DNA of 63,660 nucleotides, filler included. It is 4 parts of 4 records of this genome, joined end to end, with 100 filler letters (N's around TTAATTAATTAA, not from the genome) between each part and the next. Parts side by side here need not be neighbours in the genome. Positions count along the whole stretch, not along the records: positions 10,225 to 32,383 come from SRR31156797_290; 3 more parts are not named here. One strand, given 5' to 3'. Shown here in pieces: positions 21,082-30,787 of the stretch. The notes beneath the pieces were generated by a model. That model saw only the letters and a program-made list of their open reading frames with translations, was not told the DNA's origin and searched no databases. Each line of letters opens with the position of its first letter. Position 1 is the first letter of the stretch. The translations under genes and the position numbers were made by a program.

Positions 21082-21322
21082 TTGGTAAAGCTATTCAAAT
21101 TAAGCCCAAAAGAAAAAATTTTCAGCCGATTAAATATAGGTATGTTTAAATATCGGGTAAGAATTTATGAGGCTCCTTAAAGCTGGTTTTGAGACTATGA
21201 TTCCTAATCCCCTGTAATTCTATCATTTAAAAATTGAAAATTTGGATTTGAGAAAAAAAATGCTTGGTAGTTTTTTCAAAAAGTATTTCCTTTGCGCCCT
21301 GTTTAACTAAAAAATTGTAGAT

Positions 21323-21559
21323 ATGTCTGACATTGCAACAAGAGTAAAATCAATCATCGTTGACAAACTTGGTGTAGATGAAAATGAAGTTACACCAGAA
21401 GCAAGTTTTACTAACGACCTAGGAGCTGATTCGCTTGACACTGTTGAGCTGATCATGGAATTTGAAAAGGAATTCAACATTGCCATACCTGATGATCAGG
21501 CTGAGAAGATTGGCACTGTAGGAGACGCTATTAAGTATATCGAAGACAATACGAAATAA
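21323..21559 (+). CDS. acpP: Acyl carrier protein
   Basis: [12 protein letters not shown] phosphopantetheine site. Confidence 0.98.
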   Translation: MSDIATRVKSIIVDKLGVDENEVTPEASFTNDLGADSLDTVELIMEFEKEFNIAIPDDQAEKIGTVGDAIKYIEDNTK

Positions 21560-21572
21560 TTTCCCTCCTTAC

Positions 21573-22826
21573 ATGGAACTCAAACGAGTAGTTATAACCG
21601 GTTTAGGTGCCCTAACTCCATTGGGTAACTCAGTTGACGAGTATTGGGACAACCTGCTCAAAGGAGTAAGTGGTGCTGGCGAAATTACCCGTTTTGATTC
21701 TTCAAAGTACAAAACCCATTTCGCTTGCGAGCTTAAAAATTTCGATCCGAAAGATCATTTCGACCGTAAAGAGGTTAGAAAGCTTGACCCATATGCTCAA
21801 TATGCTATGGTTGCTTCTGATCAGGCTGTTATTGATGCCGGACTGCTTTCGGATGGAATTGACAAAAACAGGGTTGGGGTAATTATGGCAACAGGAATTG
21901 GTGGATTTACCACGTTCCTGAACGATGCAGCCGAATTTGGCAGAAATCAGGATAACCCCAGGTTTAACCCGTTTTTTATCCCGAAGATTATCGGTGATAT
22001 TGCTGCGGGTCACATTTCCATAAAGTATGGATTCAGGGGACCGAATTATGCCACAACCTCGGCTTGCGCATCAGCAGGCCATGCTATTATCGATGCCTTT
22101 AATTACATCAGGTTAGGAAAATCCGAAATTATCATTTCTGGTGGCTCCGAAGCAGGAATCAACCCTGCAGGTATTGGCGGTTTTAATGCCATGCATGCCA
22201 TTTCTACAAGAAATGATGACCCCAAAACAGCCTCACGTCCTTTTGATAAAGATCGTGATGGTTTTGTGCTGGGAGAAGGATCAGGTGCCATTGTGCTTGA
22301 AGAATATGAACATGCGAAAAAACGCGGTGCTAAAATTTATGCCGAAATCATTGGAGGTGGCAGCACTGCCGATGCACATCATATTACTTCACCTCATCCG
22401 GATGGTTTGGGTGCTAAACTAGCCATGTTGTATGCTGTAGAAGAGGCCGGTCTTGAACTGAATATGATTGATCACATCAACACGCATGGTACTTCCACCC
22501 CAGTGGGTGATATTGCAGAACCTAAAGCCATCGTAAGCCTTTTTGGTGATCACGCGTACAAGATGAACCTGAACTCAACCAAATCAATGCACGGACACCT
22601 GCTTGGTGCAGCAGCAGCAGTGGAAATTGTTGCTACCACGTTATCGGTGAAAAATGATATCGTTCCACCAACCATCAACCATTTTACAGATGATCCGGAT
22701 ATAGACAATGCATTGAACTTTACCTATCACAAAGCAGCTAAACGCACCGTTAATGTTGCACTTTCAAATTCATTTGGGTTTGGCGGTCACAACACATGCA
22801 TCGCGGTTAAAAAATACATCGAGTAA
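21573..22826 (+). CDS. fabF: 3-oxoacyl-ACP synthase II
   Basis: TSACAS, NTHGTST, KSMHGHLLGA, NSFGFGG. Confidence 0.97.
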   Translation: MELKRVVITGLGALTPLGNSVDEYWDNLLKGVSGAGEITRFDSSKYKTHFACELKNFDPKDHFDRKEVRKLDPYAQYAMVASDQAVIDAGLLSDGIDKNRVGVIMATGIGGFTTFLNDAAEFGRNQDNPRFNPFFIPKIIGDIAAGHISIKYGFRGPNYATTSACASAGHAIIDAFNYIRLGKSEIIISGGSEAGINPAGIGGFNAMHAISTRNDDPKTASRPFDKDRDGFVLGEGSGAIVLEEYEHAKKRGAKIYAEIIGGGSTADAHHITSPHPDGLGAKLAMLYAVEEAGLELNMIDHINTHGTSTPVGDIAEPKAIVSLFGDHAYKMNLNSTKSMHGHLLGAAAAVEIVATTLSVKNDIVPPTINHFTDDPDIDNALNFTYHKAAKRTVNVALSNSFGFGGHNTCIAVKKYIE

Positions 22827-22840
22827 TTATTCATTAGGCT

Positions 22841-23572
22841 TTGAGGTTGATAAAGACATTAAAAGGCTATTTTTCTTCTGATAAAGATTTAATATTTTCA
22901 ATAAGAAACATTTTCGGGTTTTGTCCCGGAAATGTTTCTCTTTATAAGCTCGCATTTTTGCATCGGTCTGTTGCCGTTGAAACCAATGGCCATAAACTAT
23001 CCAATGAACGACTGGAATATTTGGGCGATGCTGTGCTTAGCTCGGTGGTTGCCGATTATCTCTTTAAAAAATTCCCATATAAAGACGAAGGTTTTCTAAC
23101 CGAAATGCGCTCAAAAATTGTGAGCCGTGAGCAGTTGAATAAACTATCACGCAAACTCGGCCTCGATAACTTTATAAAATCGAGTCAGGACACAAAAAGC
23201 TTTTTCCGATCAATGGAGGGTGATGCATTTGAAGCTTTCATCGGGGCCATTTATCTTGACCGGGGATATAATTTTACCCGAAAAGTTATCATCAACCGCA
23301 TCATTAATGTTCATTTTGACATTGATGACCTTGAACATACTGAGGTTAATTTTAAAAGCAAACTGATCGAGTGGTCACAAAAAGAGCGTAAGGAGGTTGA
23401 CTTTAACGTGGTTACCGAAGTTGGCAATGGTAACAGTAAACAATACATCGTTGAAATTAAAGTGGATAACAACACCTGTGCAATCGGACAGGATTACTCC
23501 ATTAAAGGTGCCGAGAAAATAGCTGCAGAAAAAGCGTATTCCTCACTCCATCTGGAAGAATACGCTTCCTGA
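22841..23572 (+). CDS. rnc: Ribonuclease III
   Basis: NERLEYLGD signature, DAFEAFIGA, C-terminal dsRBD; TTG start; conserved acpP-fabF-rnc order. Confidence 0.96.
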   Translation: MRLIKTLKGYFSSDKDLIFSIRNIFGFCPGNVSLYKLAFLHRSVAVETNGHKLSNERLEYLGDAVLSSVVADYLFKKFPYKDEGFLTEMRSKIVSREQLNKLSRKLGLDNFIKSSQDTKSFFRSMEGDAFEAFIGAIYLDRGYNFTRKVIINRIINVHFDIDDLEHTEVNFKSKLIEWSQKERKEVDFNVVTEVGNGNSKQYIVEIKVDNNTCAIGQDYSIKGAEKIAAEKAYSSLHLEEYAS

Positions 23573-23577
23573 TTTTT

Positions 23578-24927
23578 TTAGATTCTTTTCCTGATTTCCT
23601 CAGTTTCCTTTTCAAAACCTGGTTTCCCCAGGAGCGCAAACATATTTTTCTTGTATGCTTCAACACCTGGCTGGTCAAATGGATTTACGTCGAGCAGGTA
23701 TCCACTCAGTCCACATGCAAATTCATAGAAATAAATCAACTGGCCGAGGTAATACTCATTCACTTCAGGAATTGATATTCTAAGGTTTGGAACCTCGCCG
23801 TCAATATGTGCAAGTGTTGTTCCTGTTTCGGCCATCTTATTCACATAATGGATATTTTTTCCGGAAATATAATTGAGCTTGTCCAGATTTGATTTGTCTT
23901 CGGGAATGGATACAGATGACCGTGGATTTTCAACTGAAAGGACCGTTTCAAAGATCTTGCGTTTGCCTTCCTGAATGTATTGTCCCATCGAATGCAGGTC
24001 GGTGGTGTTTATTACACCGGCAGGGAATATTCCCTTGCCTTCTTTACCTTCACTTTCGCCATAAAGTTGTTTCCACCATTCCGTGAAATAGTAGAGATTG
24101 GGCAAATAATTCACCATAATTTCAACGAACTTTCCTTTATCGTATAGTGCATTTCTTGCAGCGGCATACAGCGATGCCGGGTTGTTTTCGATAGTGGGTT
24201 CAGCAACAAGCGTTTTACGCATATCCCTAGCTCCCTGTACAAGTTTTCCGATGTTAAATCCTGCGATAGAAATCGGGAATAACCCAACAGGTGTTAAAAC
24301 AGAATATCTGCCGCCAACATCATCGGGCACAACATAAGTTTTATAGCCCTCTTCATCTGCAAGCTGCTTTAGGGCACCTTTAGCCTTATCGGTGGTGGCC
24401 ACAATTCGTGATGCAGCTTCTTTACGTCCATATTTAGCTTCAATATGATTTTTAAGAATTCTGAATGTTACAGCAGGTTCAGTTGTAGTTCCTGATTTGG
24501 AGATTACGTTTATTGCATAATCACGATGGTCAAGCACCTCAAGTAAATCTGCCAGATAATCTTCTGACAAGTTCTGTCCGGCATAAAGCACCAATGGTTT
24601 TCCGGCATTTGGTAAAAGCTGGTCAAAATTGTGTTTGAGTGCTTCAATAATTGCTCGTGCACCAAGATATGATCCACCGATGCCAACCATAACCAAAATT
24701 TCGGCTTTGGCACTTAGTGTATCTGCAACTGTGTTAATGTCTGATAATACCTCAGCATTAATTTCTGTTGGCAGGTCCACCCAACCCAGAAAATCGTTTC
24801 CTTTTCCTGTTTTGTCAATCAGTGCGTGATGTGCAACATTAACTTTTTTCTGGTAAGATTTTACCTCATTCAGGCTAACAAATTGTAGTATTTTGCTGAT
24901 ATCCAGCTTTATTGAATTCATATGCAT
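23578..24927 (-). CDS. pgi: Glucose-6-phosphate isomerase
   Basis: GIGGSYLG, SKSGTTTE, GGRYSV, ESEGK, DLHSMGQ, PFDQPGVEAYK. The start may be the second Met at 24921. Confidence 0.97.
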   Translation of the reverse strand: MHMNSIKLDISKILQFVSLNEVKSYQKKVNVAHHALIDKTGKGNDFLGWVDLPTEINAEVLSDINTVADTLSAKAEILVMVGIGGSYLGARAIIEALKHNFDQLLPNAGKPLVLYAGQNLSEDYLADLLEVLDHRDYAINVISKSGTTTEPAVTFRILKNHIEAKYGRKEAASRIVATTDKAKGALKQLADEEGYKTYVVPDDVGGRYSVLTPVGLFPISIAGFNIGKLVQGARDMRKTLVAEPTIENNPASLYAAARNALYDKGKFVEIMVNYLPNLYYFTEWWKQLYGESEGKEGKGIFPAGVINTTDLHSMGQYIQEGKRKIFETVLSVENPRSSVSIPEDKSNLDKLNYISGKNIHYVNKMAETGTTLAHIDGEVPNLRISIPEVNEYYLGQLIYFYEFACGLSGYLLDVNPFDQPGVEAYKKNMFALLGKPGFEKETEEIRKRI

Positions 24928-24944
24928 TGTTTTGTAAGTGAAGG

Positions 24945-24952
24945 CAAAGGTA
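24945..24952 (-). promoter_or_regulatory. Bacteroidetes -7 promoter element for pgi
   Basis: Minus strand reads TACCTTTG (TAnnTTTG), about 20 nt upstream of the start. Confidence 0.6.
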
Positions 24953-25013
24953 TTTAAAATTGAAATTGTTTGAGTGGATGTTAAGGATTTTATTGGTAGG
25001 ATTTACCTGGTTC

Positions 25014-25045
25014 AAAAGAAAAGTGCAGCCGGGGAGACTGCACTT
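25014..25045 (-). terminator. Orphan intrinsic terminator in the pgi / sensor-kinase intergenic region
   Basis: AAGTGCAG-ccggggaga-CTGCACTT stem; on the minus strand it is followed by TTCTTTT. No annotated CDS ends here. Confidence 0.6.
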
Positions 25046-25172
25046 CAAAACCAAAAACCAAAATTTATGAATCAGAAATCTTTAGCACAAAATATAAATC
25101 ATCAAAAATTATCTGGCATAACTATGAGATTTATATTCATGCAAAAATAACATGCAGATATACGCACCCCAA

Positions 25173-25208
25173 GTTAAAGGACATTAACAAACGTTAAATA
25201 TAGTTAAC
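25173..25208. promoter_or_regulatory. Four phased RTTAAM repeats (10-bp period), candidate OmpR/RprY-type binding array
   Basis: TTAA at 25174, 25184, 25194 and 25204, just upstream of the sensor-kinase promoter. Confidence 0.5.
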
Positions 25209-25234
25209 CATTGAAATTGAGGCCTTTTCACCAA

Positions 25235-25242
25235 TACATTTG
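25235..25242 (+). promoter_or_regulatory. Bacteroidetes -7 promoter element for the sensor kinase gene
   Basis: TACATTTG matches TAnnTTTG; a TTG lies about 21 nt upstream. Confidence 0.55.
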
Positions 25243-25307
25243 CCTTTTGCACTTTATCATCTTATTAAGAATTTACATCAGATTTTTACTTGTGATATAA
25301 ACCGTTA

Positions 25308-26750
25308 ATGAACAAGAATCTCATCAATTTAATCATCATAGTTGTTTCATTTGTGTTGTTAAGTTTAACAGCCGTACAACTTTATTGGGTGAGGAATGCA
25401 ATAAGTATAGAGCGGGCTAATTTTGAAAACAGGGTGAACTCTGCTGTAAATGGGGTAATTGATCAGTTGGAAAAGTTAAAAACTATCAACAACATAAACA
25501 AAAGTTCCGGGTCGAAAAAACAAATTCAGTACTTTCTTCAATCCATCGATTCCATAAATTCAGAATTATCAAAAAACATGGAAGACGTCTCTGATCTCGA
25601 TGATATTGAAAAATTAGTCAGGAAAACCGAGCTCGCACAGGAAGTAATAAATGAAATGATAGAGAGCAATGAGGTATTTGAAATCGAAAATCATCTTGAT
25701 CGAGAGGTACTCGATTCATTGCTTCACAAGGAAATTGGAGACCACGGTATTGAAACCATGTTCGAATATGGGGTGTATTCAACCGTAACAGGACAGTTGA
25801 TCATAGATAAGTCAGGGAAGTATAAAAATGAACTACAGGACCAGGGGTTTGTTTTCACGCTTTATCCACTGGAGTTTACAGATTCACCGAATTACCTGAT
25901 GATTTACTTCCCTTATGAAATCAGGTATTTGTTAAAGCAAATGGCATCCATAATTTTTATCTCACTGATACTTATTGTAATCACACTAATGTTATTTATT
26001 TATGTAATCAAGGTGATTGTTTGGCAAAAACGATTATCGGAAATGAAAAGTGATTTCATAAATAACATGACCCATGAAATCAAAACACCGATCTCAACCA
26101 TTTCACTGGCTTGTGAAGCATTGGGAGACAGTGAAATAAAGAAAAATCAGATGCTTGCTGATAACTACCTTAAAGTAGTAATTGATGAAAACAACCGGTT
26201 GGCAGGTATTGCCGAAAAGATCTTGCAGGCTGCAGCAATAGAAGAGGATAATTTCAAGCTAAAGCGTGAGAAAGTTGATATCCATGAACTGATCAATAGC
26301 GTAATCAACACCGTAGGAATCCAGGTGGAAGTAAAAGATGGCGAGATTAAACGGGATTATCATGCAAATAAAACCACGGTAAACTGCGACAAGATGCATA
26401 TGACCAGTGTGATTTCCAATATTATCGACAATGCAAATAAATACACACCTAAAAAACCAATGATAAAAATCACCACCGAAAACTACATGGATGGGTTAAA
26501 GATTTGTTTTTTGGATAATGGGGTGGGTATCAGTAAGGAAAATCAACGTAAAGTATTTGATAAATTGTACAGGGTTCCGACAGGTAATGTACACGATGTG
26601 AAGGGTTTTGGTTTGGGATTGAGCTATGTAAAAACCATAATTGAACTTCATGGTGGGAGAATAACTGTGGATAGTGAATTGAAAAAAGGTTCGAAGTTTT
26701 GTCTGTTTTTACCCTTCAGCGGGAAAAGTAAACAGAAAACATCATCTTAA
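25308..26750 (+). CDS. Sensor histidine kinase (RprX-like)
   Basis: Two TM helices, H-box FINNMTHEIKTP, N-box NIIDNANKY, DNGVG, GFGLGL. Confidence 0.93.
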   Translation: MNKNLINLIIIVVSFVLLSLTAVQLYWVRNAISIERANFENRVNSAVNGVIDQLEKLKTINNINKSSGSKKQIQYFLQSIDSINSELSKNMEDVSDLDDIEKLVRKTELAQEVINEMIESNEVFEIENHLDREVLDSLLHKEIGDHGIETMFEYGVYSTVTGQLIIDKSGKYKNELQDQGFVFTLYPLEFTDSPNYLMIYFPYEIRYLLKQMASIIFISLILIVITLMLFIYVIKVIVWQKRLSEMKSDFINNMTHEIKTPISTISLACEALGDSEIKKNQMLADNYLKVVIDENNRLAGIAEKILQAAAIEEDNFKLKREKVDIHELINSVINTVGIQVEVKDGEIKRDYHANKTTVNCDKMHMTSVISNIIDNANKYTPKKPMIKITTENYMDGLKICFLDNGVGISKENQRKVFDKLYRVPTGNVHDVKGFGLGLSYVKTIIELHGGRITVDSELKKGSKFCLFLPFSGKSKQKTSS

Positions 26751-26846
26751 AAATGAAATAGATTTTAATGAATTTAAAGCATTTTTCGTGATTAGTTTAA
26801 AAAATGTTAATTTTACAATCTAAAAATTTCCAAAACCAATAATTCC

Positions 26847-27554
26847 ATGACTATGGGAAGCGAAAAAGTAAAAGTATTATTAGCTGAGGACGACAAGAAT
26901 CTTGGCAACGTTTTAAAGTCATATCTTGAAGTAAAAGGTTACGAAACCACCCTGTGTGTAAACGGACAGGAAGCCTGGAATGCCTATGAGAAAGGTGGCT
27001 ACGGTTTTTGCATTGTTGATGTGATGATGCCGGTAAAAGACGGGTTTACTCTTGTAAAAGAGATCAGGGAAAAAGACAAAAACATTCCGGTCCTTTTCCT
27101 CACTGCCAAGTCGATGCAGGAAGATAAACTCAAAGGTTTTGAAGTAGGTGCCGACGACTATTTAACCAAACCATTCAGCATGGAAGAGTTGCTGGTTCGT
27201 ATCCAGGCAATTTTACGCCGGGCACATGAAAGACGAGGGGGCGAAATTCAAAACAATGTATTTAGGGTAGGTGAATATATTTTTGACTTCAACAGGCAGT
27301 TACTGAAAATTGATGATAAGGAGCAAAAACTGACTTCAAAAGAAGCTGCCCTTCTTCGCTTACTGGCTATGAACCTGAACGACGTACTCGACAGAAGTTA
27401 TGCATTAAAAGAGATCTGGAACGACGACAGCTACTTTAATGCCAGGAGCATGGACGTATACATTACCAAACTTCGGAAATTCCTGAAAGGGGATAAAAAT
27501 GTTGAACTGATCAATGTACATGGTATAGGTTTTAAGCTGGTTACCAATTCCTGA
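26847..27554 (+). CDS. rprY: OmpR-family response regulator (RprY-like)
   Basis: Receiver domain (LLAEDD, DVMMP, LTAK, KPF) plus wHTH with YFNARSMDVYITKLRK, typical of Bacteroidetes RprY. Confidence 0.85.
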   Translation: MTMGSEKVKVLLAEDDKNLGNVLKSYLEVKGYETTLCVNGQEAWNAYEKGGYGFCIVDVMMPVKDGFTLVKEIREKDKNIPVLFLTAKSMQEDKLKGFEVGADDYLTKPFSMEELLVRIQAILRRAHERRGGEIQNNVFRVGEYIFDFNRQLLKIDDKEQKLTSKEAALLRLLAMNLNDVLDRSYALKEIWNDDSYFNARSMDVYITKLRKFLKGDKNVELINVHGIGFKLVTNS

Positions 27555-27583
27555 TCATTGTTTGTTTTTCCGGATAAATCGAT

Positions 27584-27931
27584 TCACCTCTTTTTCGGAA
27601 CTTTTCCTTCGTATTCCGATAATTCATCCACAATTGTTTCATCACTTTGTCTGATGTTCATCAGGTGAGCAGCTCGTGACAACATATGAGCACCAACGGG
27701 CGTGGTGATGAAAATAAATGCAATAATCAGTGTGCCTTTCACCACGATCAGGATATCTCCAAAAAAAACCATGATCCCAATCACCATTAAAAACACACCT
27801 AACGACGGGGCTTTGGTGGCCGCGTGCATGCGAAGATAAATATCAGAAAAACGTAAAATTCCGATTCCTGCCATCAGCATAAACCCTGCACCAAAAACGA
27901 GCAATATGGCTGTTATCCATTCACTTATCAT
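27584..27931 (-). CDS. mnhG: Mrp/Mnh Na+/H+ antiporter subunit G
   Basis: DIYLRMHAATK and TPVGAH motifs. Confidence 0.92.
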   Translation of the reverse strand: MISEWITAILLVFGAGFMLMAGIGILRFSDIYLRMHAATKAPSLGVFLMVIGIMVFFGDILIVVKGTLIIAFIFITTPVGAHMLSRAAHLMNIRQSDETIVDELSEYEGKVPKKR

Positions 27932-28202
27932 AAACGCGTCGTTTTAAATATTTGGAAATGGCCACCGTACCGATGAAAACGATCAGGGCAATAAATATGG
28001 CAATATCCAGATAAACACTTTCACCACTGTATAAAACCAGGGTAAGCACCATGCCTATCGACAGGCTTGCTATCAGGTCTAGTGCAACTATCTTGTCAGG
28101 AACTGAGGGACCGATAAACAGCCGGATAGCTGCAAGTACCATTCCGGTAACTATGAGTCCGAAAGCAATAAGCGAAGCAATATTTAAAATGCCTGTTTCC
28201 AT
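27921..28202 (-). CDS. mnhF: Mrp/Mnh antiporter subunit F
   Basis: RLFIGPSVPDKIVALD and FIGTVAISKY motifs. Confidence 0.92.
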   Translation of the reverse strand: METGILNIASLIAFGLIVTGMVLAAIRLFIGPSVPDKIVALDLIASLSIGMVLTLVLYSGESVYLDIAIFIALIVFIGTVAISKYLKRRVYDK

Positions 28203-28549
28203 TATCTGGTAATTTTTAAAATACGGTATTCCAGCTTTTCCTTTAACAATAGTTTGGATGCTTCAATATTTTCAAGGTACATCTCGTGGATGAACAAGTA
28301 TTTTTTATCGTCGGAAATATCCATGGTTAAACTGCCGGGCGTCATCGAAATCAGGTTGGTAAGCGCCATAATTTCCTGATCACTCCTGGCATCCAACTCA
28401 ATTTTTATAATTCCGGGCCTTACTTTTGGTTTGGCAGATAAAATTTCCCTGGCGATTAAGATGTTAGCCGTTATCAATTCTGCTATGTAAAGCACTGCAA
28501 ACCAAATCAGTCTGCCACCTTTAATCATATATTTTCCAAAATTTTGCAT
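28202..28549 (-). CDS. mnhE: Mrp/Mnh antiporter subunit E
   Basis: RPGII and NLISMTPGSL motifs. Confidence 0.92.
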   Translation of the reverse strand: MQNFGKYMIKGGRLIWFAVLYIAELITANILIAREILSAKPKVRPGIIKIELDARSDQEIMALTNLISMTPGSLTMDISDDKKYLFIHEMYLENIEASKLLLKEKLEYRILKITR

Positions 28550-28553
28550 ATTA

Positions 28554-30038
28554 TTATCGTCCCAAAACTGTATTGATATAAATTTCCGGGTTAATCAATT
28601 GTTCAGCAACCTGCATTACTACCCTGATAATAGGCTCGGCAAAAATACCGAGCACTATAGTTCCCATAGCTAATATTACAACAGGCAGATACATGCTGAA
28701 CGGAATATTTTTTTTTGGTTCCGCAACTTCATCAGGCTGTTTTTTCCAGAATCCTTCGTTCCAGATCTTTACCATCGAAAACAAGGTGAATAGCCCAACC
28801 AGGATTGCAACTGAAGTAATAATATAGTTCTGGTCCTGAAAACCTGCAATGACCAGCAATAGCTTTCCGGCAAATCCAGAAAGTGGCGGAACACCTGCCA
28901 GCCCAAAGGCAGCAATGAGAAACAACAATGCCAGGAATGGGTATGTTTTGTAGAGGCCACCAATCATTTTCAATTCGTAAGTGCCTTTTATTTTGCCAAT
29001 AATACCGGCTATAAAAAATGTGTTTGTTTTGGCGATGATATTGTGCATCATGTAAAAAATGGCACCTGCAATTCCCAAAACCGTAAACAGGCCCAACCCC
29101 ATCACCATGTAGCCAATTTGACTGATAATGTGAAAGGAAAGTATTTTTCGTATGTCGTATTGCGATGCTGCTGTAAGTACGCCAACCACCATGGTCAGGC
29201 CGCCAATGATCAAAAGCAAAGGATGCCAGAAGCTTTGATTCTGAACAAAAAACAGGGTAAAAAACCGGATCATCGCATAAATACCAACTTTGGTCAACAG
29301 GCCTGAAAACAAAGCGGTGATGGCAATGGGTGGTGTGTGATAAGATGCCGGCAGCCAAAAGAAGAAAGGGAAAACGGCAGCCTTGATACTGAATGCCACA
29401 AAGAAAAGCATGGCTGAACTGTTCAAAAGCAGCGATTCGTCAGATTCACCAATTTTCACAGCTAAATCCGCCATATTCAAGGTACCGGCCTTGCCATAAA
29501 GTAAGCCGATTCCGGCCAGGAACATCATGGAGGCAATCAGGTTCATACTTACATATTTTATGGCACCATCCATTTGTTTCCGGCTCCCACCCATGGTGAG
29601 TAATACAAACGAAGCCAGGATCATCACCTCGAACCATACATACAAATTGAACACATCACCGGTAAGAAAGGCTCCGTTTACACCCATCAAAAGTGCATTC
29701 ACCAGGGGAAAGTAGGTAAATCGCTGCCTGAACCTGTCGATGGTGGAAATGGAAAAAAAGGCCACAACCATCCCGATGATACCTGACATGATGAGCATGA
29801 TTGAACTGAAAAGATCTGCAACAAAGGTGATTCCGTATGGTGCAGGCCAGTTACCCACTTGTACTACCTGAATGCCAACGGCAGATACCTCCCTGAAAAT
29901 GCTGATCGCCACAATCAACTGAAGTGCTATGCCGCCAATACCAAAAATTTGTTGTACACCTTTAGACCCACGGGCAAACAAACCAATGGTGATGGTTGCA
30001 AGCGGTATCAAAATAGGTAACAAAATCAGGATGTTCAT
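28554..30038 (-). CDS. mnhD: Mrp/Mnh antiporter subunit D
   Basis: GDVFNLYVWFE, KAAVFPFFFWLP, LLTKVG, GVPPLSGF. Confidence 0.95.
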   Translation of the reverse strand: MNILILLPILIPLATITIGLFARGSKGVQQIFGIGGIALQLIVAISIFREVSAVGIQVVQVGNWPAPYGITFVADLFSSIMLIMSGIIGMVVAFFSISTIDRFRQRFTYFPLVNALLMGVNGAFLTGDVFNLYVWFEVMILASFVLLTMGGSRKQMDGAIKYVSMNLIASMMFLAGIGLLYGKAGTLNMADLAVKIGESDESLLLNSSAMLFFVAFSIKAAVFPFFFWLPASYHTPPIAITALFSGLLTKVGIYAMIRFFTLFFVQNQSFWHPLLLIIGGLTMVVGVLTAASQYDIRKILSFHIISQIGYMVMGLGLFTVLGIAGAIFYMMHNIIAKTNTFFIAGIIGKIKGTYELKMIGGLYKTYPFLALLFLIAAFGLAGVPPLSGFAGKLLLVIAGFQDQNYIITSVAILVGLFTLFSMVKIWNEGFWKKQPDEVAEPKKNIPFSMYLPVVILAMGTIVLGIFAEPIIRVVMQVAEQLINPEIYINTVLGR

Positions 30039-30382
30039 TCTTCTCCCTCCGAAACTTCATCCAGGTCTTCCGTGCCTGTGGTTTTATAAAACCTGTACAT
30101 CAACGCCAGGGCAAAAGCTGTAACACCAAAACCAATAACAATGGCTGTAAGGATTAATGCCTGTGGCAAAGGGTCGGATACTTCTCCGGTTGCAGCAGTT
30201 TTTCCGGCCTCAACAAATGCCGGGCTTGCCTTGGTAAGTCCGCCCGAAACAAATATAACCAGGTTGGTGGCGTTACCCAGGAAAATGATTCCCAGGATCA
30301 GCTTGACAATACTTCGCCTGAGCAGCAAATAAACACCTGCAGCGAAGAGTACACCGATCAATATGGAAAGTATAAGCCCCAT
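30035..30382 (-). CDS. mnhC: Mrp/Mnh antiporter subunit C
   Basis: DPLPQALILTAIVIGFG signature. Confidence 0.95.
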   Translation of the reverse strand: MGLILSILIGVLFAAGVYLLLRRSIVKLILGIIFLGNATNLVIFVSGGLTKASPAFVEAGKTAATGEVSDPLPQALILTAIVIGFGVTAFALALMYRFYKTTGTEDLDEVSEGEE

Positions 30383-30787
30383 TTATTCTTGTTTATCGAG
30401 AATTGCAACCATAACTGTTAATACCACACCAATAACCGTAAAATACACGCCTACATCAAAAAGTGTAGGTGAGCCCAGTTTAATTCCAAATACTTCAACC
30501 CATTGCCCGGTCATAAACGGTTCAGCGTTAAAAAAACCGATGAAACCACTAGTTACCGCAAGTAAAATTCCGAGTCCCATCAATTGAAAGGGTTTGATCC
30601 ACATTTTTTTAATTGTGGTTTTTACATCAAAGGCCATCATATAAAAAATATAGCCTGATGCGGCCAGCAATCCGCCAATAAAACCACCACCAGGCAGATT
30701 ATGTCCACGGTAGAGCACTAGCAGAGAAATAATGAAAAACATGGGCTTGATAAACTTTGCCGAAATATGCAGGATTTGCGAACTCAT
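30383..30787 (-). CDS. mnhB: Mrp/Mnh antiporter subunit B
   Basis: RGHNLPGGGFIGG and FDVGVY motifs. Confidence 0.95.
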   Translation of the reverse strand: MSSQILHISAKFIKPMFFIISLLVLYRGHNLPGGGFIGGLLAASGYIFYMMAFDVKTTIKKMWIKPFQLMGLGILLAVTSGFIGFFNAEPFMTGQWVEVFGIKLGSPTLFDVGVYFTVIGVVLTVMVAILDKQE

